Assembly: GCA_951406725.2 (NCBI GenBank)
Contig: OX597843.1
Span: 17,794,001-17,858,000, forward strand
DNA: 64,000 bases
Direction: 5' to 3'
Source: Octopus vulgaris
Taxonomy: Eukaryota
Position numbers and translations under genes: made by a program. Under the pieces are notes generated by a model. It worked only from the letters and a program-made list of their open reading frames with translations, was not told the DNA's origin and did not search any database. Position 1 is the first letter of the stretch; the number at the start of each line of letters is the position of its first letter. This document shows, in pieces, positions 26,610 to 44,123 of the stretch.

Positions 26610-27060
26610 TATCCAGTAATTTTTTACTAGTTTCATCTTGTCTCTTTGTTTTCTCTCCGTGTTGATATATGGACAATTAAGGTGGTTTTAGAGTCAGATC
26701 TTGGCTGCTATTTTCAGCATGGCGGTACCTCGTAGAAACCCTAATTTATAATTTGAATAATTACTACCACTTGATAAAATCGTTATTTCATTTTAAATTA
26801 ATGATCTTATCCTTATATATATATATATATATATATAAACAAATCAAATTGCGATAAAATAAAAATAATTATAATCGCTGGTATTACTAACACAAGCCAT
26901 ATATTTTTCATATATCAGTACATTAAGGCGAAATATGTGCTAGGAATACAGAAGCTTGATAAATTAAGTGAAATGAAGATAAAAACATTTACTAAACCGG
27001 TAATTCTCAGACTGCAGTTTCTTTCTTTTCAGCAATAAAGATAATTTATTTGCTCAGGGA

Positions 27061-27118
<58 letters not shown>

Positions 27119-27304
27119 GCGGTTTTTTTAATTTTTATTAAAATTTTATGTATTGATTAAGTCTTTCCTTGTTTGTTTTACAAAATAGTGGTTTTGTCTC
27201 TAATTAATGATATATAATATGTTATTATAAAATTGGATTTTATCCTAAATCTGATTTTTTCCCTGTAAATTTGGATTTATTCCCTAATATTTATTATTAT
27301 TATA

Positions 27305-27336
<32 letters not shown>

Positions 27337-27365
27337 CTTATATATATATATACTATATATATATA

Positions 27366-27447
<82 letters not shown>

Positions 27448-27530
27448 AGGTCCCGGGTTGATTCGGGGTTAACCACAGTAAATAAGGTACTCAATACATA
27501 GCAGAGTAAAATTAATTTATTATATAGAAG

Positions 27531-27583
27531 GAGCTTCTACAGGACTAGAACTGTTTCATTCAAGAGAAATCTTCAGGAAGCCC
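27531..27583 (-). ncRNA. Type I hammerhead ribozyme, canonical core
   Basis: gggcttc CTGAAGA t-ttc-tctt-gaa-t GAAA cag-ttctagtc-ctg TA gaagctc. Confidence 0.8.
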
Positions 27584-27599
27584 CTGAAGAGCCCCTGAA

Positions 27600-27652
27600 G
27601 AGCTTCCTGAAGATTTCTCTTGAATGAAACAGTTCTAGTCCTGTAGAAGCTC
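27600..27652 (+). ncRNA. Type I hammerhead ribozyme, canonical core
   Basis: gagcttc CTGAAGA t-ttc-tctt-gaa-t GAAA cag-ttctagtc-ctg TA gaagctc; perfect 7-bp stem I. Confidence 0.85.
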
Positions 27653-27656
27653 CTTC

Positions 27657-27715
<59 letters not shown>

Positions 27716-27808
27716 TATACATATATATAGAGAGAGAGATAGAGAGAGGGAGAGGGAGAGGGAGAGAGAGAAGAAGAAGACGAAGACAGATGGATAGAAA
27801 TGCACATA

Positions 27809-27973
27809 GGCGCAGGAGTGGCTGTGTGGTAAGTAGCTTGTTTACCAACCACATGATTCTGGGTTCAGTCCCACTGCGTGGCACCTTGAGCAAGTGTCTT
27901 CTACTATAGCCTCGGGTCGACCAAAGCCTTATGAGTGGATTTGGTAAACGGAAACTGAAAGAAGTCCGTCGTA

Positions 27974-28047
<74 letters not shown>

Positions 28048-28268
28048 TGTGTGTATATGTTTGTGTGTCTGTGTTTGTCCCACCGACATCGCTTGACAAC
28101 CGATGGTGGTGTGTTTGCGTTCCCGTAATTTAGCGGTTCGGCAAAAAAAGAGACCGATAGAATAAGTACAAGGCTTACAAAAATGAAGTCCTGGGGTCAA
28201 ACTGCTCGATTAAACGAGGTGCTCCAGCATGGCCGCTGTCATAGACTAAAACAAGTAAAAGAATAAAT
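27809..28268 (+). mobile_element. SINE family 1, full length
   Basis: Family match. Confidence 0.9.
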
Positions 28269-28619
28269 AAGATCTAAGGCTCTGTATATAAATAAGCGAG
28301 CGTGTGTGTGTATATGCGCGCGTGTGTGCATGAGAGAGAGAGAGAGAGAGAGAGTGTGTGTGTGTGTGTGTGCATGAGAATGTGTGTGTGTGTGCATGAG
28401 AATGTGTGTGCGTGTGTCTCAAAATATATTTATGCGTTTCTATACACTATGTAGATTCCAATATACATGTTCATGCATGTGAATATATATCCATCCATGA
28501 GTATAAGTGTATATATATGTGTTTATATAGCTACAGACATATATATGTATATATAGAAGTATATATGTATGCATATATACATGTGTGTATGTATGTATAT
28601 CTTCATACATATATGTATG

Positions 28620-28695
<76 letters not shown>

Positions 28696-28930
28696 AGTGT
28701 ATATATGTATATATATACTGATACACATATATATATAAATATACACAGATACATACATATAAATAAATAGATATATACAAATAAAAATATATTTGTATAT
28801 ATTTTAATTTTTATATATGTATATATATGTGTGTATATATATGTATACGTATATATATATATATATATGTGTGTGTATATTTATATGTAAGTATATATAT
28901 ATGTGAATATATACATATGTATATATATAA

Positions 28931-29002
<72 letters not shown>

Positions 29003-29089
29003 GTGTGTATATATATATATTTGTAAATATATATATATATGTGTATGTATATTTATATATATATATATATATATCTATTTATATATACA

Positions 29090-29128
<39 letters not shown>

Positions 29129-29207
29129 GATATATACGTCACAGACATCCGTTTTCCAAACAAACAATATTGTACACCTGAAAACTAGAATTACTTCCAC
29201 AGAACAG

Positions 29208-29241
<34 letters not shown>

Positions 29242-29392
29242 AATAAATAAAAAATATAAAGAGAACAAAAATGTAAAACTATTTTAATATAAAAGTAAAG
29301 AATTTCTCTCTCGTAATTTCTTGGCACTGTCATTTGATATTTTGGAAATGGAGGGAAAAACCGTGTGCTTTTTTTCTCTTGGTTTCTGTGCT

Positions 29393-29453
<61 letters not shown>

Positions 29454-29512
29454 TTTATATACATATTTATATGTATATATATATATATATATACATATAT
29501 TTATATACATAT

Positions 29513-29553
<41 letters not shown>

Positions 29554-29566
29554 TTTATATACATAT

Positions 29567-29613
<47 letters not shown>

Positions 29614-29663
29614 CATATTTATATGTATATGTATCTATATATCTATATCTATCTATCTATCTA

Positions 29664-29708
<45 letters not shown>

Positions 29709-29836
29709 ATATATATATATATACACACTATACAGTGGGATACATACATATTTTATACATGTATTCATATGTATATGTATATATATATATATGTATGTAT
29801 ATGCATATAATATATATATATTTATATGTACACACT

Positions 29837-29872
<36 letters not shown>

Positions 29873-30093
29873 CATACACACACACATATATATATATATG
29901 CACACACATACATAAATATATGTATATATATGTACACACACACACACATATATACTCTCAGAAGAAATATAAACATAGCCGAGAAGCAGTGAGTGCTTTC
30001 ATTCTTTGATTAGAGCGGAAGTAATGTCGGACTGGTTTATTTAATGTTCAGTGTCTGACTTATATACACCCACACTCACATGTCACTGATATA

Positions 30094-30130
<37 letters not shown>

Positions 30131-30234
30131 AAACACACACACACACGCACACTTATATAATAAGTATGATCTTTTCCTACGTGATTTTATGCATGTAAAC
30201 ATTCATATATATACATATATATATATATATTATG

Positions 30235-30266
<32 letters not shown>

Positions 30267-30342
30267 CATTATTTTCTTTATTGTGTATATCTAACTTGAT
30301 ACAAAAGCATATCCATATGCCCCTCTATTTATATGTATGTTC

Positions 30343-30424
<82 letters not shown>

Positions 30425-30451
30425 TGATAGATAGATAGATAGATGTGCGTG

Positions 30452-30505
<54 letters not shown>

Positions 30506-30553
30506 GGTATATGTATATGGTATACCTATCTATCTATCTATCTATCTATCTAT

Positions 30554-30739
30554 TTTCCTCTCCCCCTTTTTTTTTAACCCCCTTTTTTTTGTCCTCTTTC
30601 TCTCCTTTTACGATCCCTTTTGATCGAAACTCCCCCTTCCTTTTTTTTTTTTTTTTTTTTTTTAAACCTTCAAAAGAAAAGCTCTACCTTGTAATTTGTT
30701 CTATCTGTGTGCAGCCCTGTGTGGCTAATAAAGAAACAT
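30554..30739 (+). mobile_element. 3' UTR fragment of the Tx1-like LINE in (CTAT)n
   Basis: Matches about 33880-34052; ends AATAAAGAAACATATCTAT. Confidence 0.85.
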
Positions 30740-30777
30740 ATCTATCTATCTACATATATATATATATATATATATAT

Positions 30778-30869
30778 GTAGGTCCCGGGTTGATTCGGGG
30801 TTAACCACAGTAAGTAAGGTACTCAATACATAGCAGAGTAAAATTAATTTATTATATAGAAGGAGCTTC
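30778..30869 (-). mobile_element. Copy of the 27446-27537 element beginning at its HHR cleavage site
   Basis: Near-identical to 27446-27537; stops at GAGCTTC then (TA)n. Confidence 0.85.
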
Positions 30870-30875
30870 TATATA

Positions 30876-30922
<47 letters not shown>

Positions 30923-30926
30923 TAGA

Positions 30927-31095
<169 letters not shown>

Positions 31096-31167
31096 GTGCG
31101 TGAAATAAATATATATATATATATATACGGTATATGTATATGGTATATCTATCTATCTATCTATGTA

Positions 31168-31216
<49 letters not shown>

Positions 31217-31407
31217 TGTATAGAAGCACCAAGCTGTGATATACATGAGTACAAACCCATTACCGGGTGAAATATGTTTGAGGAAAATTTGAACCCATAA
31301 CACATCCATTCACAGTATTTTGTGAAGAAGGAAGATATCTCACTGCAGACTGGTGGGTGTTGAGTCACCAAGTCAGCTCCAAGCGCCCTCTAGGTAGACT
31401 TATTTAT

Positions 31408-31678
31408 ACATGTTTTTCGAAGAAGGAGGAAGCAAGTTAAGGAATGGGGTCGACACTTTTGAGCCTGAAGAAGTTAAGCAAGTTGATGGAGAGCGCACTG
31501 CTGGTGTAGTGAATGGGGAAAGCTGGGTTTGCAATGTTTGCAGTCGTGTATGCTTGTCAAGACCAGGACTCTTTAGCCACCAACGGAGCCGCAAAGGCAA
31601 AATATAAGTTAGTCCTAGAGCGCACAATGTTCCTGAAGGTCAACAATGGTCTTCCTCGGTCACGAGTGGACGGCCACG

Positions 31679-31680
<2 letters not shown>
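31408..31680 (+). mobile_element. RTE-type LINE 3' end
   Basis: C-terminal Cys/His motif WVCNVCSRVCLSRPGLFSHQRS, stop, short 3' UTR, (TA)n. Confidence 0.7.
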
Positions 31681-31746
<66 letters not shown>

Positions 31747-31840
31747 TAGATACAGCCATACATACATAGATACATATGTAGATACATAGATAGGTAGATA
31801 GGTAGATAGATAGATACAGACATGCACACACACATACAGT

Positions 31841-31881
<41 letters not shown>

Positions 31882-31998
31882 TGGAGATCTACTTGCGTAA
31901 CAAGTGACCTGATCTGAGATCGTGTGCTGGAACGAAGGTGTTTATAAGCCATTTAAGAAAAAAAAAACTGTTAGATTCGCTTCAACATTTATATTTAA

Positions 31999-32049
31999 TT
32001 TGTCAAAATATTTTCGTCGCTCTGAGACCGCGACTTGTTCACTGACAAA
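31999..32049 (-). ncRNA. Hammerhead-like motif with compensatory G3-C8 core
   Basis: tttgtca GTGAACA a gtcgc-ggtctcaga-gcgac GAAA atat TT tgacaaa; 7-bp stem I, 5-bp stem II. Confidence 0.7.
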
Positions 32050-32207
32050 AGAGTCAAGAGATTATGACTTTATTTCTTAGAGCGTAGGCGGGAAAGAGGG
32101 ACCTGTCATCGAGGGCTACTTTAATGCCAAAACAGGGCGCTAATGCATAGTACAAATTTGTCATCAAGATATAGGTCAAGATATTGCAATAGTTGCAATA
32201 TATGTAT

Positions 32208-32285
32208 ACCGGCAGTTTAGCTTAAAGGTAAAGCATTTGACGCGTAATCAAAGGGACGTGAGTTCGAGTTTCCTGGCTAGCCGGT
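32208..32285 (+). pseudogene. tRNA-like sequence (pseudogene or SINE head)
   Basis: TAGCTTAAAGGTAAAGC D-arm-like, TTTGA-7nt-TCAAA anticodon-like arm, GAGTTCGAGT T-loop-like; T stem imperfect. Confidence 0.5.
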
Positions 32286-32552
32286 ATAAGATTATTACGC
32301 GTTTAAGAATAAATTATTTTATTAAATCTTTCAATATATCTCAAACCTTCTAAATGCAAACTTTGTTTACTTTCATCGTAAGTTGAATTTATTGTTATAT
32401 ATACTAATTTATGACAATAACTATTTTTATAAATGTATATATTTTTACATTGTTTATTAATTTTAATGGTACATTATATTTTTCCTGTTTGATTAATTAA
32501 TGTTTTCATTATGTTTTCAATATGATATATGCAAATTTCTTTGTACGTTCTT

Positions 32553-32653
32553 CCCTGATGATATTCTGGCTTATAATAATTAACCAAATTGATTTACTTC
32601 CATCAAATTTGTTCCATTTTATACTAAAAGCGATGAATTGAAACAATTCTAGG
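32553..32653 (+). ncRNA. Type I hammerhead ribozyme, long stem II, partly decayed
   Basis: cc CTGATGA t-attc..gctt...aagc..gaat-t GAAA caattc TA gg; stem I short, stem III one mismatch from CAATTG. Confidence 0.55.
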
Positions 32654-32713
32654 TTTTGACAACGTTTTAATAATATATTGTGAATCTTATCTATCTTCTC
32701 TAATAGTTTTATC

Positions 32714-32774
<61 letters not shown>

Positions 32775-32860
32775 TATACGTACTTGTATTATAGGGAATT
32801 CATGGATATTTCTATCCCTCTCAAGTTATATATATCCTCACTAGTTCTTTAATCTGGTTG

Positions 32861-34052
<1,192 letters not shown>

Positions 34053-34058
34053 TCTATA

Positions 34059-34108
<50 letters not shown>

Positions 34109-34286
34109 TATTATTATTTTTATGTCTATTATATGTGTATGTGCATATGAGTGTGTGTCCGTGTGTGTGAGTGTGTGGGGGGTGTAAATAAGAAGGTAAG
34201 TATGAATTTTGAATTTAGGATATGTATGTATTGATATCTATCTATGTATCTATCTATCTATCTATCTATTTATTTATCAGTCTTTA

Positions 34287-34349
<63 letters not shown>

Positions 34350-34464
34350 ATATATATATATATATAAGGATACATATACATATATATTTACATATAAACA
34401 TAGACAGACAGATAATAGATAGATAGATAGACAGCGATAGGGAAATGAATCAATTCTTACACAC

Positions 34465-34536
<72 letters not shown>

Positions 34537-34839
34537 GTACTTTGTATGTATTACGAGTGTATATATATATCTTGTATTCTCATTGAATATACCTGATTAA
34601 CGATATATATATACGCCGCTAAAATACAGAAACACATTAGTTTAAGTACATTTTGTTTATACATGCAATACACACATATATTTATACATACATACATACA
34701 CTTAAATTACTTACTTACTTATATATATATATATATATATAAATATATGTATATATACATATATATATATTTATATATAAATATATATGTATATATATAT
34801 ATATATGTATATATGTATACATTTATATAATTTATATAT

Positions 34840-34897
<58 letters not shown>

Positions 34898-35193
34898 TAT
34901 GTATATTTTACTGTATAGTATATATAATATATATATACATATGTATATATATACATATATGCAGTCATTTATACATCATTATTGTTCACAATATAAGTTA
35001 ATATCTATGTAGACTGAAATGTGTATGTGTATATATATGTATATACCTGTTTATAAATACATATCTGTTGTACACAAATGTATGCACGCGCGTGTACACA
35101 CACATATGTTTACGCACGTACCCACATATATATATTATATATATATATATACACACATTACATCCATTGATACATATATAAACTCTCACACAT

Positions 35194-35292
<99 letters not shown>

Positions 35293-35600
35293 CATATATA
35301 CAGACGTATGTTTAGGTGTGTATGTAATTTTTATATTTCATTCTGCAACACTCAAGTGTTATATAACAGAAAACAGACCGGATGGACGGATGTTTGGATA
35401 TTCGGTGTGGCAACGGGGTAGATGGAAGGATAGAGAGTAGTCTGGTACCGCGGGTTGCCGTGGGGTGCGGGTGTTGTGGCCGGATGTATAGTTTGAAGGG
35501 TGATTCTGCGGCACTGGAGGAGGAGGCGAACTCGTGCCTCTGTCATGTCTACCCCAGTAGGGGTGGCGAGCAGCGCATCGCGTTTACTAGTTGCTTACCG

Positions 35601-35688
<88 letters not shown>

Positions 35689-35732
35689 AATGATTAATCT
35701 ACAACAAGATTATCATCTTTCTATTTCACATA

Positions 35733-35765
<33 letters not shown>

Positions 35766-36053
35766 TATATATATACATATATACATACATGCATATATAT
35801 ATGTACATATATATATATATACATATATACACACATATATATATATACATATATATAGAGAGAGACAGATATATATATATATATATATATATATACGTGT
35901 GTGTGTGTATATATCTATGTATATGTACTTGTGTATTTATGTATATATATATATATATATAGCTAGATATACATATAATATATGCACGTGTACATATATA
36001 AGCATATGTATATATACATATAAGTATATTGATAGACAGACAGACAGACAGAC

Positions 36054-36120
<67 letters not shown>

Positions 36121-36303
36121 CAACACGTACATAGATAGACGAACAGAATCATAGATGAATAGAAAGATAGAGGTATATATATTCATATGTATTTCTATAT
36201 ATATGTGTGTGTGTATATATGTGTCTGTTTATCTATCTATATATCTATCTATCTATCTATCTATCTAACTATCAATCTATCTAGCTATCTCTCTCTCTCT
36301 CTA

Positions 36304-36378
<75 letters not shown>

Positions 36379-36600
36379 ATAAATAAGGATAATATCGATA
36401 TTATCAAGTGGCCAGTATGGGAAAGAATACCATACAAAGGTAATAATTATTTACAACTAAAAATAAGGGTGTCTGAGAGACACCACCATGCCGAAATAGC
36501 AGTCAAATCCCTGACTCTAAAAACCACCTTAAATGTTCATATCGCACCATGAGATAAGACAGAGGGACAAAATAAACTAGCAAAAAGATATTACTGAATA

Positions 36601-36659
36601 ATTCAAGATCCTGGATTTCTAGCTTTGCTTCAAATAAGCTCTGCCGTCATCAGTTGAAT
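36601..36659 (-). ncRNA. Type I hammerhead ribozyme, canonical core
   Basis: attcaa CTGATGA c-ggc..gctt/aagc..gct-a GAAA tcc-a-gga TC ttgaat; diverged homolog of 26551. Confidence 0.75.
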
Positions 36660-36991
36660 ATATCAGACGAGCACATAAATACAAATATATATATACAGAA
36701 CAAACGTTATACTTACATATACGAACGTCCATACATATATATATATATATGCACGTATGTATAAGGCAAGTTCAAATTGCCCGCCAACCACCTCATAAGC
36801 ACGATATGGTCAAAATTGTACATATTAGGCATTTTGCATTCATCTCTCTCTCCCTCCCACTAGATAGAGGGAAATTAAGTTTACCGCTAGTATAAAATAT
36901 TTAGTTCCTACGTACGTTTCACCGTTGCAATTATTTGGAACTCAGTTTTGTATGTTCCAAGTGATTCTGGATGCCAAACGGTAATGGTAAA

Positions 36992-37224
36992 GGCGGCGAG
37001 CTAGCAGAATCGTTAGCACGTCGGGCGAAATGCTTAGCGGTATTTCGTCTGCCGTTACGTTGTGAGTTCAAATTCCGCCGAGGTCGACTTTGCCTTTCAT
37101 CCTTTCGAGGTCGATAAATTAAGTACCAGTTAAGCACTGGGGTCGATATAATCGACTTAATACCTATGTCTGTCCATGTTTGTCCCCTCTATGTTCAGCC
37201 CCTTGTGGGTAATAAAGAAATAGG
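36992..37224 (+). mobile_element. SINE family 2, monomer
   Basis: Head plus one unit; GGTAATGGTA duplicated on both flanks. Confidence 0.9.
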
Positions 37225-37966
37225 TAATGGTACATCAGGGAAATAAGTTCAAATATTTGATCACAGGAACAGGATGCAATAAAGCATTTCTCAGATGATC
37301 CACAAGAGTTAGACATCGAATTTCTTTATTAGCCACAAGGGCCCAAACATAGAGGGGGACAATACAGCCTGATTGGGGTCAGACACACAATGATTATATG
37401 ACTTTTAAAATTTTACAAAATATAATGAAATCGAATGAAATCGAATGAGATACAACAAAGACGAAATACAAACATGAGATGAAGCAGAGAGATGGCTTAC
37501 GCTCTGACCCCACGAGCCCCATTCCCCTACTGAAACTTTTGTATGCAGACTTATGACATGTTCACGAGGAATCTTTCATTCCCAGCACCCTCGTAACATG
37601 CAACCATCTTCCTTTGAACATTTTCTTTCCAGCCTCACCTTCCTTTTAAGGTGGAAGATAAATCACTAAAATGGTGAGACGTTCGTAGGAACTAAATATT
37701 TAGACTGGGGTTTAGCTTTAGTTTCTACTACGTATGTTCTGATTATCATAACTAACAACACAGCTGAATACGGTGGAAGACTTAACTAATCATTATACTG
37801 GATGCCGACCGACTGGATGAGGATTATAACACAAGTGGAGCTCTGGCTCGTACAACAGTAGTACAGCAGTAGTCGTACTTCTAACTATACACACAATACA
37901 TATATGCATACATACACACACACACAAACATAAACACCCAGATGGTTAGATAGATAGATAGGTAGG

Positions 37967-38064
<98 letters not shown>

Positions 38065-38387
38065 TGGATATATGATTTTAATTGAGGTAAACATTTTCAG
38101 TGAAAGAAGCCATTTATTTCATGTTACATTTAAAGATAGGTAAAATTTTTGGCAATAAATTCAGTGTTCATTCGCTTCCCCAGACACATTTTGATTGACA
38201 ATCGACGTGTGTCTTTGATAGACATGCGTTGGATAGTTGGAGTGCTTCTTTAATTATTCTTTGTTTCATTTAAAAGGTACAGTCATTAGATTACTATTCG
38301 AGCACTTTGCTAGTCAGGTCCCTGCATTACGTGCTGCTGAGGTTAGCACCTGGATTTTACCTGTCATTCTAATTGCACATATGCGCG

Positions 38388-41574
<3,187 letters not shown>

Positions 41575-41584
41575 GATGATGGGA

Positions 41585-42720
41585 AATAAACTCGCGCGCA
41601 GCCGCTGTAGTTCGGATTGGCGCTGAAATCCAGAAGTGGACAGAGAAGGAGCTAAAGGAGATGGACAGGAAGTCAAAGGAGCTCCTAACGATGCATGGAT
41701 CATCCACGTGCAGACACTGATCGCCAATACATGAAGAGAGCAAATGGAGGAAGGAGACTGATGAGTGTGGAAGACTGCAAGTGTATCGAACTCGGGAGAT
41801 ACCGATCCCAAAATAAGGAACGGGGAAGGATTGAGAGCAGAGAAAAAAGGGAAAACAAAGGAAAAAAGTACAAAAAAGGACATGAAGAAGAATTACGCAA
41901 GAAGGGACTACATAATCAATTCCATACAGCCACAACGGAAGTTGCTGGTGAAAATAGGTGGGATTGGCTGATGAAAGGAACCCCAGGAAAAGAGATCGAG
42001 CTTTGGCCACGAGCTGGATGGTCAACCTTAGGAATGAGCAAGTGTCTCTGCTGTGCCGCATCTGCAATAGAGTGGATGAAACCATAACCCATATCGCGAG
42101 CAAATACCCTGGACTTTCCCAAAACCACTACAAGTTGTGGCCACACGACCAGATAGCGAAAGTTCTACATTGGAAACTGTGCGAAAAGTTGGGACTAGAG
42201 AGAGGCGAGACGTGGTATAAACACAAACCACAGAGAAAGGCAGAGTCAGAGATTAGCAAAATCCTCTGGGATTTCCTAATCCAAACTGATCAGGTGCTAG
42301 AGCATAACAGACCGGACCTAGTGGTGGTAGACAAGGTGCCCCATATGTGCTATATAATTGAGGTTGCGTGCCCCTTTGACCCATGAATGGTCAAGAGGGA
42401 AGGCGAAAAGATACACAAGTACAGCCCTCTTAAATACGAAATAGCCCGGCTATGGGAAATGAAGAAGATGAAGATAGTGCCAGTTATTGTTGGGTCCTTG
42501 GGAACAGTATCAGAAGGCATCAAGAGGAATTATAAAGGAAATTGCAATAGGGAGCCCAGTAGAACTGCTACAAAAGGTTTGCCTCCTTGGCACGGCCGGA
42601 ATAATTAGGAAAGTATTATCGAGCTGAAAAGAACGAATAGCATGGTACCGTAAGCTGCATGTAGCAAGACCGCTACGCATGTAAGACTCCAGGAGCTTCA
42701 ACAAAACCTGTGATAAAGAG
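41585..42720 (+). mobile_element. Dong/R4-type LINE 3' portion
   Basis: CRICNRVDETITHIAS, WDFLIQTD..HNRPDLVVVDK..IIEVACP, VPVIVGSLG. Confidence 0.9.
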
Positions 42721-42741
42721 AAAAAAAATGATAATAATCGT

Positions 42742-43013
42742 TTATACTATAGGCACAAAGCCTGGATTTTTGTAGGGAGGTGGACAATCGATCACATCGA
42801 CCCCAGTACTTGACTGGTACTTAATTTATCGACTCCAAAAGATGAAAGCTAAAAAATGGACCTCGGTGGAATTTGAACTCAGAGCGTAGCGACAGACGAG
42901 ATACCTATTTCATTATTACCCACAAGGGGCTAAACACAGAGAGGACAAACAAGGAGACGAAATACCGCTAAGCATTTCGCCCGGCGTACTAACGATTCTG
43001 CCAACTCACCGCC
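42742..43013 (-). mobile_element. SINE family 2, internally deleted dimer
   Basis: Family match. Confidence 0.8.
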
Positions 43014-43526
43014 ATGATGATGAGGATGATGATGATTTCTTCTTAATAAAGTAGTTCTACCAAGAAATTAAAGTAGGATTTGCAGGGAAAATTTTGGTCT
43101 CAAATGAAGAAGAATGTAAAACATTTTGGAGAAATGCTTGGATAAAAAAGGGGAAAGAACAACAAAAGGTTTGAATGGTTAAAATAATTGAAGACATCCG
43201 AAGCAAACAAGAATTATAATTACAGGGACGAATATTCGGGAAAGAAGTGAACGATTGAGCAACTGAAAGACACCAGGCCCAGACAGAGCGTAGGACTATT
43301 GGGTAAAAATGTTTAAGGGGTGCCATACAAGGGCTGTAGAACGGTTTAACGTTCTGATAGGGAATGAGGTAGAAATTCCAGAGTGATTGACCAAAGACAG
43401 GACAGTTCTAGTTATGGAGAACTTGGCGAAAGGACAGGCTGTCTACAGACTAATATTTTGTTCAGCTCTTATGTGGAGGTTATTGACAGGAATAATTATA
43501 TAACACTCGGATCGGGACAATATTTA

Positions 43527-44123
43527 ATTCTTTATTGCCCACAAGGGGCTAAACATAGAGGGGCCAAACAAGGACAGACAAAGGGATTAAGTCGATTACA
43601 TCGATCCCAGTGCGTAACTGGTACTTAATTTATCGACCCCGAAAGGATGAAAGGCAAAGTCGACCTCGGCTGAATTTGAACTCAGAACGTAGCGGCAGAC
43701 GAAATACCTATTTCTTTACTACCCACAAGGGGCTAAACACAGAGAGGACAAACAAGGACAGACAAACGGATTAAGTCGATTATATCGACCCCAGTGCGTA
43801 ACTGGTACTTAATTTATCGACCCCGAAAGGATGAAAGGCAAAGTCGACCTCGGCGGAATTTGAACTCAGAACGTAGCGGCAGACGAAATACCTATTTCTT
43901 TACTACCCACAAGGGGCTAAACACAGAGGGGACAAACAAGGACAGACAAACGGATTCAGTCGATTATATCGACCCCAGTGCGTAACTGGTACTTAATTTA
44001 TCGACCCCGAAAGGATGAAAGGCAAAGTCGACCTCGGCGGAATTTGAACTCAGAACGTAGCGGCAGACGAAATATCGCTAAACATTTCGCCCGGCGCGCT
44101 AACGTTTCTGCCAGCTTGCCGCC
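43527..44123 (-). mobile_element. SINE family 2, head plus three 184-bp units
   Basis: CTCAG at 43681, 43865, 44049. Confidence 0.9.

Noticed and set aside
27003-27064. HHR on minus strand (GAAA ctgcag TC with stem I)
   Set aside because: Core truncated to CTGA by an apparent deletion; counted only as a relic.
31520-31600. Host C2H2 zinc-finger exon
   Set aside because: Single terminal motif with stop, short UTR and microsatellite tail fits an RTE LINE end.
36904-36943. HHR on minus strand (GAAA cgtacg TA, agttcc/ggaact)
   Set aside because: CUGANGA unrecognisable; relic at best.
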